64,000 nt of DNA from Octopus vulgaris (GCA_951406725.2 OX597833.1:26722001-26786000), one strand, 5' to 3'. Positions 1-15,665 are shown, counted from the first letter of the stretch. Translations and numbers: made by a program. The notes: generated from the letters alone by a model not told the origin.

Positions 1-91
1 AAGCTCCTTCTATATAATAAATTAATTTTACTCTGCTATGTATTGAGTACCTTATTTACTGTGGTTAACCCCGAATCAACCCGGGACCTAC

Positions 92-123
<32 letters not shown>

Positions 124-1120
124 GAAAGGCGGTTCTCCGGCATGGCAGCAGTCACATGACTGAAACAAATAAAAGAGTATATATATATATATGTATATAT
201 ATACATGCATGGAAGTGACTTTTTGCAATGCTTGTTCTTATGAATGTATATCAATCCATACATCTCACATTTCCCTGCTACGATTTCAATGTATACTTAC
301 ATATCTATATGAATGTATCAGTGTATGCTATGTACTAATCATCCGTATTAATTTTAACCTATAAGAATATTTTATTTCTATTGAGAATCTCATAAATACC
401 ACATTCATTAAAAATATCGTGCAGTGTTTTTATTTCCATAGATGCTTTTTCTACACAATTGCTTTCTTTCAACACAGAATCCTTTCATTTCTTTCTTTCA
501 AAATATTTCCTGTAAGTACACTTTGAGAATCTCCGGTATAATTAACTGCGTTTTATGTCAAATGTGCTAAACGCTGCTATAAATGGACACATGTGTGCTA
601 GTATAGCTTACAAATTCGCTACAAAATCCGTTGTTCTCGGTTCTGTTTCACTGCTTGATAACTTCACCTTTTTTTTTGGTCAACTGATACGTTGCGAGTC
701 GGACTTTTGTAGAGTGAAAATCTTTATGTTGATCAGTGCACCTATATGTACATAGAGTTACACAGATTCACACACACACAACCACACACACCCACACACA
801 CACATACAAACAAACACACAAGAACATACACACGTAAAATCACATTTATTCATATGCAGCTGTAAATTTTTATAGATATTAATATATACATATGTGCATT
901 TGAGCAGATAGATAAACATATATAAATTACATAACTGCAGATATATCCTATAACACAAGTATTTATAGCAATATTTGAGGTTAAATGAGTTTATACGAGT
1001 ATTGAAACAAATTATTCAAATTATTGCACAATGGCACACGAAGTAAAAAAGAAATTAAATAGAAATAACATTTCAATGATTAAATGTTTAACCAATAAAG
1101 GGAAAATATATAAAAGCATT

Positions 1121-1389
1121 GTGGAGGCACATAGCATAGTGGTTAGTGCAGCGGACTCGCCGTCGGGGGATCGCGGGTTCGAATCTCAGACCGGGTGATG
1201 TGTTTGCTTAGAAGGTAAAGGCGAACTTCTGCTGACTCTTTCGCAACAACTTTCTCTCAATCTTTCTTCCTGCATCTAGCAGCTCACCTGCGACGGACCG
1301 GCGTCCCGTCCAGGTGCGTCCAGGTGGAGAACCTGTACGCCAAGGAAACTGGGAAACCGAGCATGGCTCGAGAAAGAAGAAATAACAAC
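1121..1389 (+). mobile_element. tRNA-derived SINE with V-SINE-like central domain
   Basis: tRNA-like head with A box (TAGCATAGTGG) and B box (GGTTCGAATCT), then CCTGCGACGGACCGGCGTCCCGTCCAGG...GGAAACTGGGAAACC resembling the V domain, then an A-rich tail. Confidence 0.7.
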
Positions 1390-2600
1390 GTATAAAAGCA
1401 TATATAATAATGACAAATATGAATCTTAGCCTTGTAAGATTGCATATTACCATATCTCCAATATATTGTATGATATTTATCAGACGAAAAATCTTGTGAT
1501 TACATTTGGTTATCACCTTATTTCATTTATTCAGATGTTGTGTCTTGCAAGCTAAAAAAGGTATTGCTTTCCTGCGACTTAATCGACATGTGCTTAGTTT
1601 TTTTGTCTATGAATAAACAAATTTCACAATGCTCTGTTGTAAGCCTTAATCACTGCTTACACGTTTGCCATGTCCCACTTATTTGGCTAATGAAGATGAG
1701 TGCGCCAATTTTCGTCTTTTCAAGAATTGAACATCTGCCGACAAGCGTTTCTAGATATGTTGGATGTAGATATGTATGCCTTATGAAATGTACGTGTAAT
1801 TATACTACATTTGTTATCTATACATTTAATAATTTCAGTTCAACGAACAAGAACTGCTTTCCCTACAGTGAAAATTTGTTTTTAAGTTTCTTATTAGTTG
1901 TTCTAGTATACTTCATAATTACTTGGTCATTATTCAAATTATGCCTAATGGAGGAGTTTAAGTATCCATCCCCTCCAAAGGGGTTTGTCTAAAATCATTC
2001 TACTTTGAGAGTCGTTAATTAAATGGCCACCACCATTAAAGTTAAGGACGAAGTGCCGCACAACGGTTCTGGGGCTACTTAAGGATTTAGTGGATTGATG
2101 GTATTGGTAATTGGTATTTAATTCTATATCCGGCAGAGTGTAACGTTGACTTTCGGCTAGTTCAATTTATTAGACCCAAAGAGCAGTGAATAAATGTTAG
2201 TTCATCATAATCTTACTGTAGTACGACCTCGAGCAGTCTTTGCTTAGTTTGTGAGAAGATAAAACTTTACAGATGTTATAAGTTCTATTATTATCGCTCT
2301 CTAGCTATCCAAACATTTTTAGAGGAAACAAACATTGAAAACCTACTAATGATCATAATTTGAGTAATGATAAGCCGGTTCCTAATTTTTTGAAAACAAC
2401 TAATAACAGACTTAAAATGTGTAAACCACATATAACAATGTTTACCAGCTAAACGGAAATTGCCTCGTCCCAAATATTGTTTGTATATATACGTATATGG
2501 GTATAGGTATGAGCAAACTGGAACATTATATATAATCGTATAAATATATAATTGCCATTGTATTGTACACATATTTCAGTGCCTGTACCTATATGTATGC

Positions 2601-2672
<72 letters not shown>

Positions 2673-4072
2673 GTGTGTGTGTGTGTGTGTGTGTGTCTGC
2701 ATGTTTATTTTATCGATCTGCGTCTGTATAAATTCGGGCATTTATCTTTGGGCATCTTGGTGATACCACCATTGCCCATGATAACAGCGATGTGCGCAGT
2801 CTTTTGTCTGCGAATTATATCTATGATTTCTTGAATTATGGTACTGTAAGGAGGAAATTATTACTTCATTTCTAAGCCCCAGTTGAATTAGAAAGATCGC
2901 GCATCTGTGAAAGTAATTTTATATATAAATGATCCTAGAATACATTCGTTGATGCAGCGGGGCAATCATTAGAAATGAGGGAGGTTTTGTGACATTACGG
3001 TCTACTTTGATGCATTTAGTTTTTAGACGTGTAAGGATCGTTTCTGCAGAAAGTATGGAGGGGATTTTGTGTCCTGATGTCTTTATTGACTTCTCTCTCT
3101 CTTTCTTTCTTGCTCTCTCTCTCTCTCGCGCTCGCTCCTTCTCTCTCTCGTCTTCTTTCTCTCTCTCTCGTCTTCTTTCTCTCTCTCTCGTCTTCTTTCT
3201 CTCTCTCTCTTTCTTGCTCTCTCTCTCGCGCTCGCTCCCTCTCTCTCGTCTCTTTCTATCTCTACCCCTTTCCCTACTATCTCTATCTCATACACACAAA
3301 CACAGACAAGCACATACATACATACATACATACATACAGACAGACAGACAGACAGACACAAAACTTAAAATTGAAATACATTTGCAAGGACAGCATAAGG
3401 TAGGAGATCTTGACAAGATCATCTACAGGAATTGAAACACACGTACACATGTTTATGTGCTTTTATATATATGTGTGTGTGTGTGTGTAACTATGTATAT
3501 ATGTGTGCGTGAATGTATCCATGCGTATATGTATGCATATTTACGCGTAATCAATACATGAGACATACATCATCAGGAAAATATACCGAACGCATTAACT
3601 CCTTAACGTTAATCTGATGACATAGCCACCATTAAACATGGCATTTCAAAGATATCACCGCGAAATTCTATTCCTTAAAACGAAAATTCTCTCCTGAAAA
3701 AATATTTAACCCAAACCTTCAATATGGCTTCCTGCTTTTGAAATAGTTATTTGTCAACTCTCTCTGGCATCCTGAAATTTGTACACTTCTCTTTCGTTTT
3801 GTCTTCTTTGTGTTTCTTGTGTATAATATCTTATCCTTTAAAGCCTTCCAAAGAGGATTCTCAATTCTGACAAGAACTAACAATAAGGAGGACAAACGAT
3901 TGATGAAGAGGACGTGGAGTAGCAGTAAGAGAAGGACAAGGACAAGTTATTTTTCAATGTTGTAGTAGATGGGGAAATACCTAGGCAGATGCATGAATCT
4001 TGCATATGCATACAGAGTGCAGCATCTGTAACGTATTTCTACGATTCCACTTCTCTTCTGAATAATAACAAT

Positions 4073-4503
<431 letters not shown>

Positions 4504-4519
4504 AATAATAATAATAATG

Positions 4520-4967
4520 TTTTGGTATGTAAGGTGGAGACAGCAAAAAAGCTGCTCAATACCGCAGATTTGCTTGTCAGTTGTTTGACCATAACCATTT
4601 GAGCATGTCCTTTGGTGGTTGACGACATGTGCATCTCTGATCATGAGCGGTAGTAGTGGGAAAACATCATAGCCATGTGCTGAGAATAATTCTTTTGCGG
4701 TTTGGATAATTCACCTCTGGAAACGTGGTTGTTTCGTTCAACATCCATAAACAAGCTTTATTTTTGGACCTTTTGAGTGGATGGGCTACTCGACCTGAAG
4801 AAAATTCTAACTGGCCCCACCTGTAAGATCATGTGATATTCATCTTGATATAGTATCACCATGTCGCACACACATGGTTGTGATGTGTATGCCTAGTACA
4901 CGCATCATGACTATCCTTATCAGACGGGTAGTTATGATGGGTACACTGGGCTTTGTATATTTTACAC
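4520..4967. mobile_element. Diverged partial copy of the 556-bp element
   Basis: Colinear with about 61738-62178, with many substitutions. Confidence 0.8.
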
Positions 4968-4968
4968 C

Positions 4969-5236
4969 CAAAACAGAAACAATTCCTATCATAGTAGTCG
5001 CATTACGTCATTAGGTATGATAAAAACATTCAGGCAAATACTTAACAAAAACACCAGAATTTATTACTATATATAACATGCAGAATATAGCACTACTCGG
5101 CACCGCACACATCCTACGTCAAGCACATTCAATACAGTGAAAATAAGATCACCACAACAAAACTCAGCACGTTTCCAAGGCACGCAGAGCTGCGCTCAGT
5201 AGTGCAGTGAAAGCACATGATAAAAATAAGGCTACT
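4969..5236 (+). mobile_element. 3' end of R4/Dong-clade LINE (diverged)
   Basis: Matches 61069-61330 (AAAACAGAAACAATTCCTATCATAGTAG...CAGAGCTGCGCTC.GTAGTG.AGTGAAAGCAC) and is followed by (GAA)n. Confidence 0.85.
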
Positions 5237-5369
5237 GAAGAAGAAGAAGAAGAAGAAGAAGAAGAAGAAGAAGAAGAAGAAGAAGAAGAAGAAGAAGAAG
5301 AAGAAGAAGAAGAAGAAGAAGAAGAAGAAGAAGAAGAAGAAGAAGAAGAAGAAGAAGAAGAAGAAGAAG

Positions 5370-5399
<30 letters not shown>
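5237..5399. repeat. (GAA)n microsatellite
   Basis: Direct reading. Confidence 0.95.
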
Positions 5400-5400
<1 letters not shown>

Positions 5401-8400
5401 GGATCGGCGAAGAAAAGCCTTCCGAAATAATACTTTGACACAATTGGAACTTTTCCCAGCATTATAATATCGCAAAAGACTACACTTTTGTTAACAGAAA
5501 ATACCCTGCGAATAGAACTGTCTATGGCTACCACACAAAATTCGTTATTGCTGCGTGTGAAATATGCACCAGTCATGTACTGTGCCCATCAAATCCGCTA
5601 TAAGACACCCATTTAAAGTTATATGGATTATGTTTAGCTGAGTGTTGGAAGATACCTTGTGATATTTTACTTTTAAATTGTTTTGTTTACAACATATTTT
5701 AATGTAGCTTTCCTAATTATAAACTTTGTAAGCTTTATTAACAAGTAAAGGGGTAGTAAAAATAGAATCTTAAGAAAAAAGATATGATCCGAATACACAA
5801 AATCGAAATTTGAAACAACTCACTTGAAAAGCAGAGTAAGAGAGAAACTAGCAATAAACATAAATGTAACATCGATGACAGCAACAAGAGTGCACAGAAG
5901 CACTCGGCTAAGAAAAAAGAGCAACGGAAAATTTCATTAATTTTTCGTTTAGCCATATTACCAATACTATTTACATATTGAACATGAATTATGCTCTGAG
6001 AAAAGTTCGAGTGACAAAGTGTTATGAACATACAGGGTGCATTTTTGCAAGAGTCGATCATCTATGTGAGATGAAGAAGGTTTCTAATATATTTATAGCT
6101 AATAGCGGACATGTTTTCTGCATGCCATCAAAAGAAAAATTCCAAGTAACCCCGGCGGACATATGTAGTGATATCAGTTCAATCGGTCAACTAGATATTA
6201 GATAAATAATGTCTAGTTAAATACCCAGTTCAAGCGTCGTGAGCAATCTATCATGATTGTTTTAGCTCAGTAGGAGCTGGTAGTGAGTGACGAAGTAACT
6301 AGGAGAGTTATAGGGGTTAGGAAGTATCTCAATGGCTACGCAAGTCTTAATAAATTCTGAAGCTTACTATTTCACTTATGAGCTCCGTTCCGCAGTGGTG
6401 CAATATAAAAGGCCATAGGGATAGTATTGCAAGATGGCGAGCAATCTATGTGTTATATTAAGAGAACCGTTACACCGTCAGAATAACTGACTGACAGTCT
6501 ATCGTCAAGTTCTTTTCGAACTGGGTCAAGTTTTCTTGTCATCCTTTTCTGCGATTATAACAAAATGGCACCCATACCTACCGAATGCCTGGGCTTCAGT
6601 CTTCTCCGTATCATAAGCAAAACCAATAGGTCTGAATGAGCTGATGGACAACAAAGAGAGTACGAAGTTGATTGAGGAAGCAATAAGGAGAGCTTATCAA
6701 AGCATGGAAATAATAGACTACATCCCTAAGTAAAACTGTAAACCGCAAAGAAGTCACTCCACGGACGATGTAACAGGCGTTTACTGTTACCACTGAGTTG
6801 TTGATGTCAGCAAACTTTCTATACAGAAGGCGAAGGAAGCGGATAAACATGAGGCATGTTCCTCTGATCGTACCGCGGAGGTGGATCCTAAACTCTATAT
6901 GACTGGCTTCCTTTTATTGGTATTTGTTTTGTGTATTAAAATTTTAAACCTGTCACAATATTTTGTATGTCGTTTTTCTTTTCATTCTGCATATTTATAT
7001 ATCCCACATGCTTCGTAAACTCCATTTGTGTGATGTTTCGCTGTGTATGTGTGGATTCTTCAAGATCATGAAAAGAGTATCATCAACATCACTATAATAA
7101 TATAAATCATTATTATATTTATTATTGTTATCATTATTACTATTATTATTTTTTTTATTATTGTTGTTATTATTATTATCATCATAATTATCATTATTAT
7201 TATCATTATTATCATTATTATTATAATTATTATCATTATTGTTATTATCATTATTATAGCTTAATCTTTTAATTGTTCAAAGTTAATAACTATACCATCA
7301 TTATTCTGAATAATCTTTACTGAAACTATTTCCTTTTTCTATTTCATGTTTTGAAATTTCTATATTTTGCTCTCTATTTTTCTTTTTTTTCTCCGGGTAA
7401 ATTGATAGAATGTAACATAATATAAAATGTCCATTACCATATAAATTTGGTTTTCTTTATCGTATGAGCTTTTTGTTGAAATTTTTCTTCAAGGATTTTT
7501 TTTCTTTTTTGTTTTTTTTTTTGTTTTTGTCTTATAGTATTTTATAAATCACATATCAAATGTGCTGTGAACGGTCATGTTTCACACAACTCCGCTCAGA
7601 AGATATTTCCTTTCAGAATTACATGACGATAAAATGTATTTTATTTTTCTTCTTTCTACCAATAAATGGCAGCAGAATATCTGAACGTCCCCCCATTACT
7701 TTTGGATAGAAAATAATGTCTGTTCTTATGTATTTTTTTATTGTTTATCCATAGTTTATTTGTGATTCGATATAGCCGCCTCTGAGATTAGGAGACGAAG
7801 TGCTGGCCACAACGATGGTTGCAACAAATATGCCCTCCTACCAAAATAAAACAAATTATTATAAAGAGAAACTGTAAAAATCACAAAGTAACAGATTGAA
7901 TTATAAATACAGTCATAATATGACAAGCTAAAATGCTAACGGGAATTACAATAACAAGATACTGTTTTTCTAGTATTGTAAACGTAAACAGGGTTCTTGA
8001 TATTTGTCAACTCTGGGTAAAGAAAGAAGCATGAAAGTAGCATTTCACAAAATAGTGAGTTGTTATCCGAATATTTTATCCAGTGCTTGAGAAACAAAAT
8101 TACAGAGGGGTTTCATTATGACCCCGAGAGAGAAATTGAAGTTGGCCATGAGCGGAGTCTGGCAGAGTGTGTACTTCATCGACCAAAGTAGCATACACGA
8201 AATGACGTACCTGTTCTTTAAGTCAGTTAACCAGGTGAGGAGCAGAGAGTCGGTATGTCACATGACTGCTCAGAGAATTGTGACACAGCATTGATCTCTA
8301 AAATACGGTTAAAGTTACTGCGCCTGCATTAGCATAAAAAATATGTTGGCCACCAGAGAACACAAGACTATACTTGAGATCAGTAACACTAATGGAGCAG

Positions 8401-9503
8401 ATATTAAGGATCAGCTACGCAAGTAGTTGCTAAGGACACTTTGGGGTCTTCTTTCTGTCAATATATACAATCAATAAGTAAGGCAATGACAACGGCAGAC
8501 ATTCACAGAAAAGACTAGATGTACTGCTATTAATGTTTCCAAAGCAACACCACTAGCAGGTTTGAGTACAATAAGAGTGATATCAAATATGTGTCAATCT
8601 AAGTGCCACTATGATTAGGTGGGTGACTGACGACGAGAAATAATAATGAGTAAATGAGCAATCCATTACCAGCAAAGGGTCAGGCGAAGATAATGAATAA
8701 CAGACCTCTCGTTGTTCCATTTTTCAGTAATGGTGCTTGGAAAATGAAGGGAAATCACGAAGGACAGTAATAAATACCCGCGGGTTATTGCAGGTGTTTT
8801 CGGAAAAATCAGGTTGAAGACTTCGGAATAGAAAATACTCTGATTTATAGGATTGTCCAATTATATGTATCGAAAGAATTTCAGTCCTTTGTCGGTGCTG
8901 TGTAGTAAATTTCTAACCTGTGTTAATATGTTGCATTTAGCTTTTATTATCTACGCGTTTATTATCAATATGAACGCTCCTAAATATATTATAATCCTTT
9001 TATGTGACACGCTTTGCATTGTATATACGGGTCTTTGTGACGAAAAAACGGCTCTTTATTAAATCTATTTAAAAAAAGGAGAAACAACAGCACCATGACC
9101 ACAGCAATAGCAGAAGGACAACTGGAAGTTAATGAATTCCAACTAAAATTACAGAAACCTCACAACACAAGAGGCGGAAATAATTTTATTCCATTCACGG
9201 CCATAAACACACACTCTCCAAAGAATCGGTTTGCCATCAGTTGAAACAAAGTAGATAGTTAAGTTTTTGATAATCAATTTATAGCAATTAAAAAGAGGTA
9301 GGTTTTCAACGTAGAATATCGTGCAGTTTAAAAATAGAATGAAAGTAGGGGCAACGAGTGAAAAATTACAAGCCACTGAATCTATCTGCGGCAAATATCG
9401 GCTACACTAGAATCGCTTTGTCGAACTACATGTTCTCCTATCGTCACCAGTAAATGAAATCACCTTCATTATCATTATGATCTACAACACTACAATGAGA
9501 TTA

Positions 9504-9539
<36 letters not shown>

Positions 9540-9571
9540 GTTGTTGTTGTTCTACAATTGCCATTATTATT

Positions 9572-9973
9572 AAGGCAGTGAGCTGGAAGAGTCGTTACCG
9601 TGCCGAGTAAAATGCTTAGCGCCATTTCGTCCGTCCACCGAGCTTGATTTTGCTTTGTCGGGGTCGATAAAATGGGTACCAGTCATGCACTTAGGTTGAT
9701 GTAATAGACTTACCCCCTCCTTATGCCTTATGCCAAACTTTGAAACCAATACTTTCAGAAGCCTAATGTGACGAGCTGGCAGAATTGTTAGCAGGCTGGA
9801 CGAAATGCTAGTGGTATATCGCCCGTCACTGCGTTTTGAGTTCAAATTCTAGTCGAGTTTTCCTTTCCTCCTTTCGGGGTCGATAAATTAAGTACCAGTG
9901 AAACAATGGCGTCGGTGTAATCGATTAATTCCCTCCGCCCATATTTCAGGCCTTTGTACCTCTAGTAGAAAGG

Positions 9974-9975
<2 letters not shown>
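9572..9975 (+). mobile_element. Two tandem copies of SINE family B (Meta-domain-like)
   Basis: AAGGCAGTGAGCTGG head, GAGTTCAAATTC B box, and CCTTTCGGGGTCGATAAATTAAGTACCAG core; sits next to (ATT)n. Confidence 0.75.
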
Positions 9976-10023
<48 letters not shown>

Positions 10024-10311
10024 TTATTTATTTATTCATTTTAGTATTATCAAAAATAATACAATTGGTTGCGCAATGTAGGTGTCATTTAATTTATCCA
10101 TGTTCTAAAGAAGATCAGCGTCCAGTAATCCACTTTTTGTCTTTGCCTTGCTATTTTTTTTATTTACTCCAGCAACCATATAGATATGGAACTGGACTGT
10201 TTGGTTTTCACATTTCCAAATGTTGGACCATTAAAAGAATCAGAAGCGGGGAAACTCAGAATATAGCTACTACCACTACTACTGCTGCTGCAGCAACTGC
10301 TACTACTACTA

Positions 10312-10361
10312 AGTAGTAGTAGTAGTAGCAGTAGTAGTAGTAGTAGTAGTAGTAGTAATAC

Positions 10362-10407
<46 letters not shown>

Positions 10408-10431
10408 TGCAGTAGTAGCAGCAGCAGTAGC

Positions 10432-10498
<67 letters not shown>
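10312..10498. repeat. (AGT)n microsatellite
   Basis: Direct reading. Confidence 0.95.
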
Positions 10499-10670
10499 AA
10501 ACATTGATAATGAGTTCTTAAATATGCACACGACAAGGGATTTTAGGCAACAGATCTAGTAGATAAGATTTGAAGTAGAATTTGACAACTAGCATTATTT
10601 TATTCACTCTGGAATGATGAATGGAAATTGTCTTCAACGTTACTTCAACTCAAATAACAACACCAAAAAC

Positions 10671-10872
<202 letters not shown>

Positions 10873-10874
<2 letters not shown>

Positions 10875-13754
10875 GCTGGATACTCCCTCAAACCCATCCA
10901 AACAGGAGTACCACCACCCAAACAAACCCTGTGGATAAATAACATCCAAAAGAAAATACAAAAAAATGAGAAAAGATCTATCGATCCTTAACGAAATCAG
11001 TAGACAACGCTACTAAGCTACAAAAAGAAAACAAAAATACTGTGCAAATACAACATCACAGAAAAAGATTTACCTGAGATAAAAGAAAAACTAAAGCAAG
11101 ATATCCTTGCCAAAGCACAAAGGATCCGCCGGTATGAGAAACGCCAACGTTTCTTTGAACAAAACAAACAGTTCAACTCCAACCCCAAAAAGTTATACCA
11201 AGAACTTGGCAAAGAATAAAATAGAAATCACTGCAGCACCAACGGCAGAAGAAGTGGAAGAATTCTGGAAATGAATACGGTCGGCGAATGAACAACCAAA
11301 AAAAAGGAGTATTAAAACAACAAACATAGCATCTGAGCAAATTTGGACCCCCATAACAACTGAAGAGGTCACCCAGGCACTGCAAAGACTAAGCAACTGG
11401 AAGGCACCTGGGCATGACAAGATCCCCAACTTCTGGTTGAAATATCTAACAGGAATGCACAAAAAGCTGGCTGAAAGCTTTAACAACATACTGGCAGAGC
11501 CAGAGACAATGCCTGAATGGCTCACGAAGGGGAAAACCATCTTAATTCCCAAATCAAATGAGACAGCAAAACCAGAAAACTACAGACCTATAACCTGTCT
11601 CCCTACAATGTACAAAGCATTTACTGCAGTAATATCACAAAGATTAAACAAGCACCTGGACGAAAACAAACTGTTTCCAGAAGAGCAGAAAGGATGCCGC
11701 AAAGGCTCATACGGCTGTAAAGATCAACTAAGGATAAATAAAGCCATAACTGAAGACAGCCACAGAAAGAAGAAAGGCCTCAGTATGGCATGGATCGACT
11801 ACAGAAAGGCGTTTGATAGCATCCCCCACACATGGATCCTCGAAACACTAGCCATTAACAAAATAGCACCAACAATTATAAAATACATCGGACACTCTAT
11901 GAATAAATGGCAAACAGTGCTACAGCTCCAAACAAAAGAGGGACTCATGAAAACCAAAGCCATCCCCATTAGAAGATAAATATTCTAGGCAGACACGCTC
12001 TTTCCACTCCTTTTCTGCTTGGCACTGTCACCTCTATCTGATATGCTAAATAGAACTGGATGCGGATATAAATGTTACAGCAAAACGATCAGCCACCTTT
12101 TATATATGGATGACCTAAAACTATACGCTGCAAATGACAAATAGCTGGAAACAGTACTAAAGACAGTTCATGGATTTACCAAAGAAATAGATATGAAACT
12201 TGGATTAGAAAAATGCGCCAAAGTAACCCCGAAAAGAGGAAAACTAGTTAAGAGTAGCAGCATCACACTAGATAAAACCAATGAAATAAAAGAATTAGAC
12301 CAAAGCCAAACTTACAAATACTTAGGAATCCATGAACTAGATAAGACACTACACACACAAATGAAAGAGAAAATAAAAAAAGAATGTTATAGACGAGTTA
12401 GAACAATACTAAAAACAGAGCTCAACGCTAAAAACAAGATAATAGGTATTAAAACTTTAGCTGTCCCAGTTATAAGTTACAGCTACAATATCCTTAACTG
12501 GACACTAAATAAACTGACCAAAATAGATAGGAAAACAAGAAACATAATGACAGAATCTAGGATGCATCACCCAAAATCTGACATAGAAAGACTATATATA
12601 CAACGTATAGAAGGTGGTAGAGACATTATACAGCTGGAAAACTACTATTAAATAATCACCATAGGACTGCAAAAATATCTAATTCAGAAGGAAGGAAAAC
12701 TGATACAAATAGCGGCAAAACACGAGCAAAACAAAAAAATTTTCTCAGTATTTAAGGAAGCTGACAATTACAAACAAGAAATCATACCACCTAACAAATA
12801 TGAAGAAAAAGAAGATGATGAAGAAGAAACAACAAAAGCTATAAAACAAATGAAATCCAAACTAAAACTAGAACAGCAACGAACCATGATAAAACGATGG
12901 CAAGAAAAGCCCCTTCATGGCAAATACTGGACTAAACTAAATGCAAAAGAAATAGACAAAGAAAAATCCCAGCAATGGTTGAGAAGCTCAGGACTCAAAG
13001 CAAAGACAGGGAGATTTTTAATTGCAGCACAAGACCAAAGCCTCCCCACCAGAAATTACCAAAAGCATGTAATGAAAAGAAATATAACAAGTAACTGCAG
13101 AATATGTGGAGATGGACAAGAAACAATAAATCATTTTATCTCTGGCTGCCCAATCCTGGCTAAGAAGGAATATATTCACAGACAGGACAGAGTTGGGACG
13201 TACATACACTGGAAGCTATGCCAACATTATGGAATAACAACAGAAAAAAATGGTATAGGCACACCAGAAAAGGTCACAGAAAACGAGAAAGCAACCATAC
13301 TCTGGGATATGCCGATACACACAGATAGAGAAATTAAGGCCAACAGACCAGATATAGTTGTCAGAGATCATGAAGAAAAAAAATGCTTTCTAATTGATGT
13401 ATCAATACCAGCAGATGACAACGTGTCTCTAAAAGAAATGGAGAAACTTTCAAAATACAAAGACCTGGAAATAGAGGTAACCAGAATGTGGAATCTAAAA
13501 ACAGAAATCTATCATAGTAGGTGCATTAGGTATGATAAAAAAATATTCAGACAAATGCATAACAAAAACACCAGGACTTACAAACACATATGACATACAG
13601 AAAATTGCACTACTAGGCACTGCACACATCCTACGCAGAACACTTTCCATACAATAACCATCAGAGCATCACAACAAATCACAGCACATACCCAAGGCAC
13701 ACAGAGCTGCGCTCGGTAGTGAAGTGAATGCACGCTATAAAAATAAAACTATTG
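10873..13754 (+). mobile_element. 5'-truncated R4/Dong-clade non-LTR retrotransposon (RT + CCHC + restriction-like endonuclease)
   Basis: RT motifs NWKAPGHDKIPNFWLK, PENYRPITCLPTMYK, EQKGCR, WIDYRKAFDSIPH, YMDDLKLY and YKYLG; zinc knuckle CRIC...ETINHFISGC; endonuclease RPDIVV...IDVSIP...EKLSKYKDL. Flanked by (AAT)n. Confidence 0.93.
10874..13657 (+). pseudogene. Disrupted LINE RT-RLE polyprotein
   Basis: ORF segments 11437-11979, 12193-12651 and 12850-13593 are separated by in-frame stops; frameshifts occur near both ends. Confidence 0.9.
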
Positions 13755-13779
13755 AATAATAATAATAATAATAAAAATA

Positions 13780-13823
<44 letters not shown>

Positions 13824-13879
13824 TACTAATAATAATAATAATAATAATAATAACGATAGTGATAATAAGAATACCAATA

Positions 13880-13917
<38 letters not shown>

Positions 13918-14457
13918 AATAATAATAATAGTAATAATAATAAATAACATTATTATTATTATTATCATTAATATATTCGATCAAATTCAAATCTTGATGC
14001 TGGTGATTTTCATTAAATAATTTATGTGTAAGAACATTATGAATATGGCGCTCGTCAACAAGCTTCGTGTTGTTTATAACGCGAACTAAGAGCAGAACTT
14101 AATCCACTTGTTTATAATTCAAAATTTTAAAAAAAACAGAAAATACATTATTATCATTATTCATTAAAAAGAGCGGTGGATCATTAGGTATTAAAAAGAA
14201 CGGTGAATTCGCATTATCGATAATGAATCGAGTGAAATTCCTAGTTGAATTTAATTATATTCGTTGCTGAGTCAATATCCTCGTAGAGTTGACTTTATTT
14301 TTCAACATTCTGTGGTCGGTAAATAAATAAATAAAAATCACGTACTGAGGCCGATGTTACTTATTGTACACCTTCCGAAATACCGGAATATTACGCTAAA
14401 AATCATGAGCATAAATGTAATGCATTGAGCTATGTTTACTGCCAGTCGCAGTATTGT

Positions 14458-14536
14458 TTATGTTTGTTGGTATGCTGGATGTTAATGTTTGTTGGTATGC
14501 TGGATGTTATGTTTGTTGGTATGCTGGATGTTAATG
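14458..14536. repeat. ~24-25 bp minisatellite x3
   Basis: TT(A)ATGTTTGTTGGTATGCTGGATG repeated three times. Confidence 0.9.
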
Positions 14537-14864
14537 TAAAACGCTGTCTCTGCCAGCCAGTAGCACTACTGCTCACTGTATTGTCATCAGTAATTGTATT
14601 CTGATTAGATTATCCAACTTTAACCTCATAGGACAATGTCTATAACAATCTCAGAAACGTTATCTATCTTCTTTGGGAAACATGTCAAAGAACACAATGA
14701 CAATAGTCGGTTGTGGTAGAGACTCAAAATGTAAGCCGCTTCCATTGTACATGCATACATATAATTCATATTACACATGTATGTGTGTATGTTTGTGTAT
14801 GAATGTGTATGCATGTATATATATATATATACATGAGTGTATGTGTACATGTGCGTACATATAC

Positions 14865-14920
<56 letters not shown>

Positions 14921-14943
14921 TGCGTTCTTGCCCCATTTTGTAA

Positions 14944-14979
<36 letters not shown>

Positions 14980-15367
14980 CGGCGTACGTACATTTTGGTC
15001 TCTTATATATATATGTATATATATATATATATATATACACGCACACACATGTTGTGTATACGTGTATGCATATGTATTTAACATCACTAAATTAGGTTTA
15101 TTGTTGATCTGATTCGAAAGCAAGATAAGCAGTATAGTATGAGGGGAATTGGGGGTTTGACCTTTCAAGCAAAGCCATTATTTAAATAACGTATTTATGA
15201 AGATTTAAAGTTTATTGTTGGTTAACCTGACATTGAATAGCAAATACTAGTCAGCATTTTTAAACGATATGAAACCGGTATGAACAAAAGTACAAGGGGA
15301 AACATTAACGTGTTTCAATTGAAACACGTAAAAACACATTTATTTAGTAATATTCTAGGACAACTTA

Positions 15368-15665
15368 AAGGCGACGAGCTGGTAGAGTGATTATTGCACC
15401 GGCATTCATTTCGTCCGTCTTTGTGTTTGAGATCAAACTCCGCTGAGCTCAATTTTATCATTTGGGAGTCGACAAAATATGTACAAGATGAGCACTGGGT
15501 CAATGTAATCGACTTAGACCCTTCCACAAAACTGCTGGCTTTGTTCCAAAATGTGAAACCAATATACTATGACAAATGTAAGGCGACGAACTGGCTCAAT
15601 CATTACTGTGCCGAACAAAATGTTTAGCGACATTTCTTCCGAATTCACATACTAAGATCAAATTT
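15368..15665 (+). mobile_element. Decayed SINE family B copies
   Basis: AAGGCGACGAGCTGG-type heads at about 15368 and 15580; GTCGACAAAAT...CACTGGGTCAATGTAATCGACT core. Confidence 0.65.

Noticed and set aside
1-90. Possible tail of another hammerhead/PLE stub (AAGCTC..., GTATTGAGTAC) before (TA)n
   Set aside because: Cut by the window edge; the core is not visible.
1123-1195. tRNA gene
   Set aside because: The cloverleaf is incomplete and runs into a SINE body; it is a SINE head. The same applies at 31265-31340.
1540-1992. 150-aa ORF as a host gene
   Set aside because: Non-ATG start, composition typical of AT-rich non-coding DNA, and no recognisable domain.
6200-6950. GC-richer block as an exon or LINE ORF1 remnant
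   Set aside because: No long open frame and no motif I can name.
14458-14536. Three ~25-bp direct repeats as a CRISPR-like array
   Set aside because: The repeats are contiguous with no spacers, in a eukaryotic context; this is a minisatellite.
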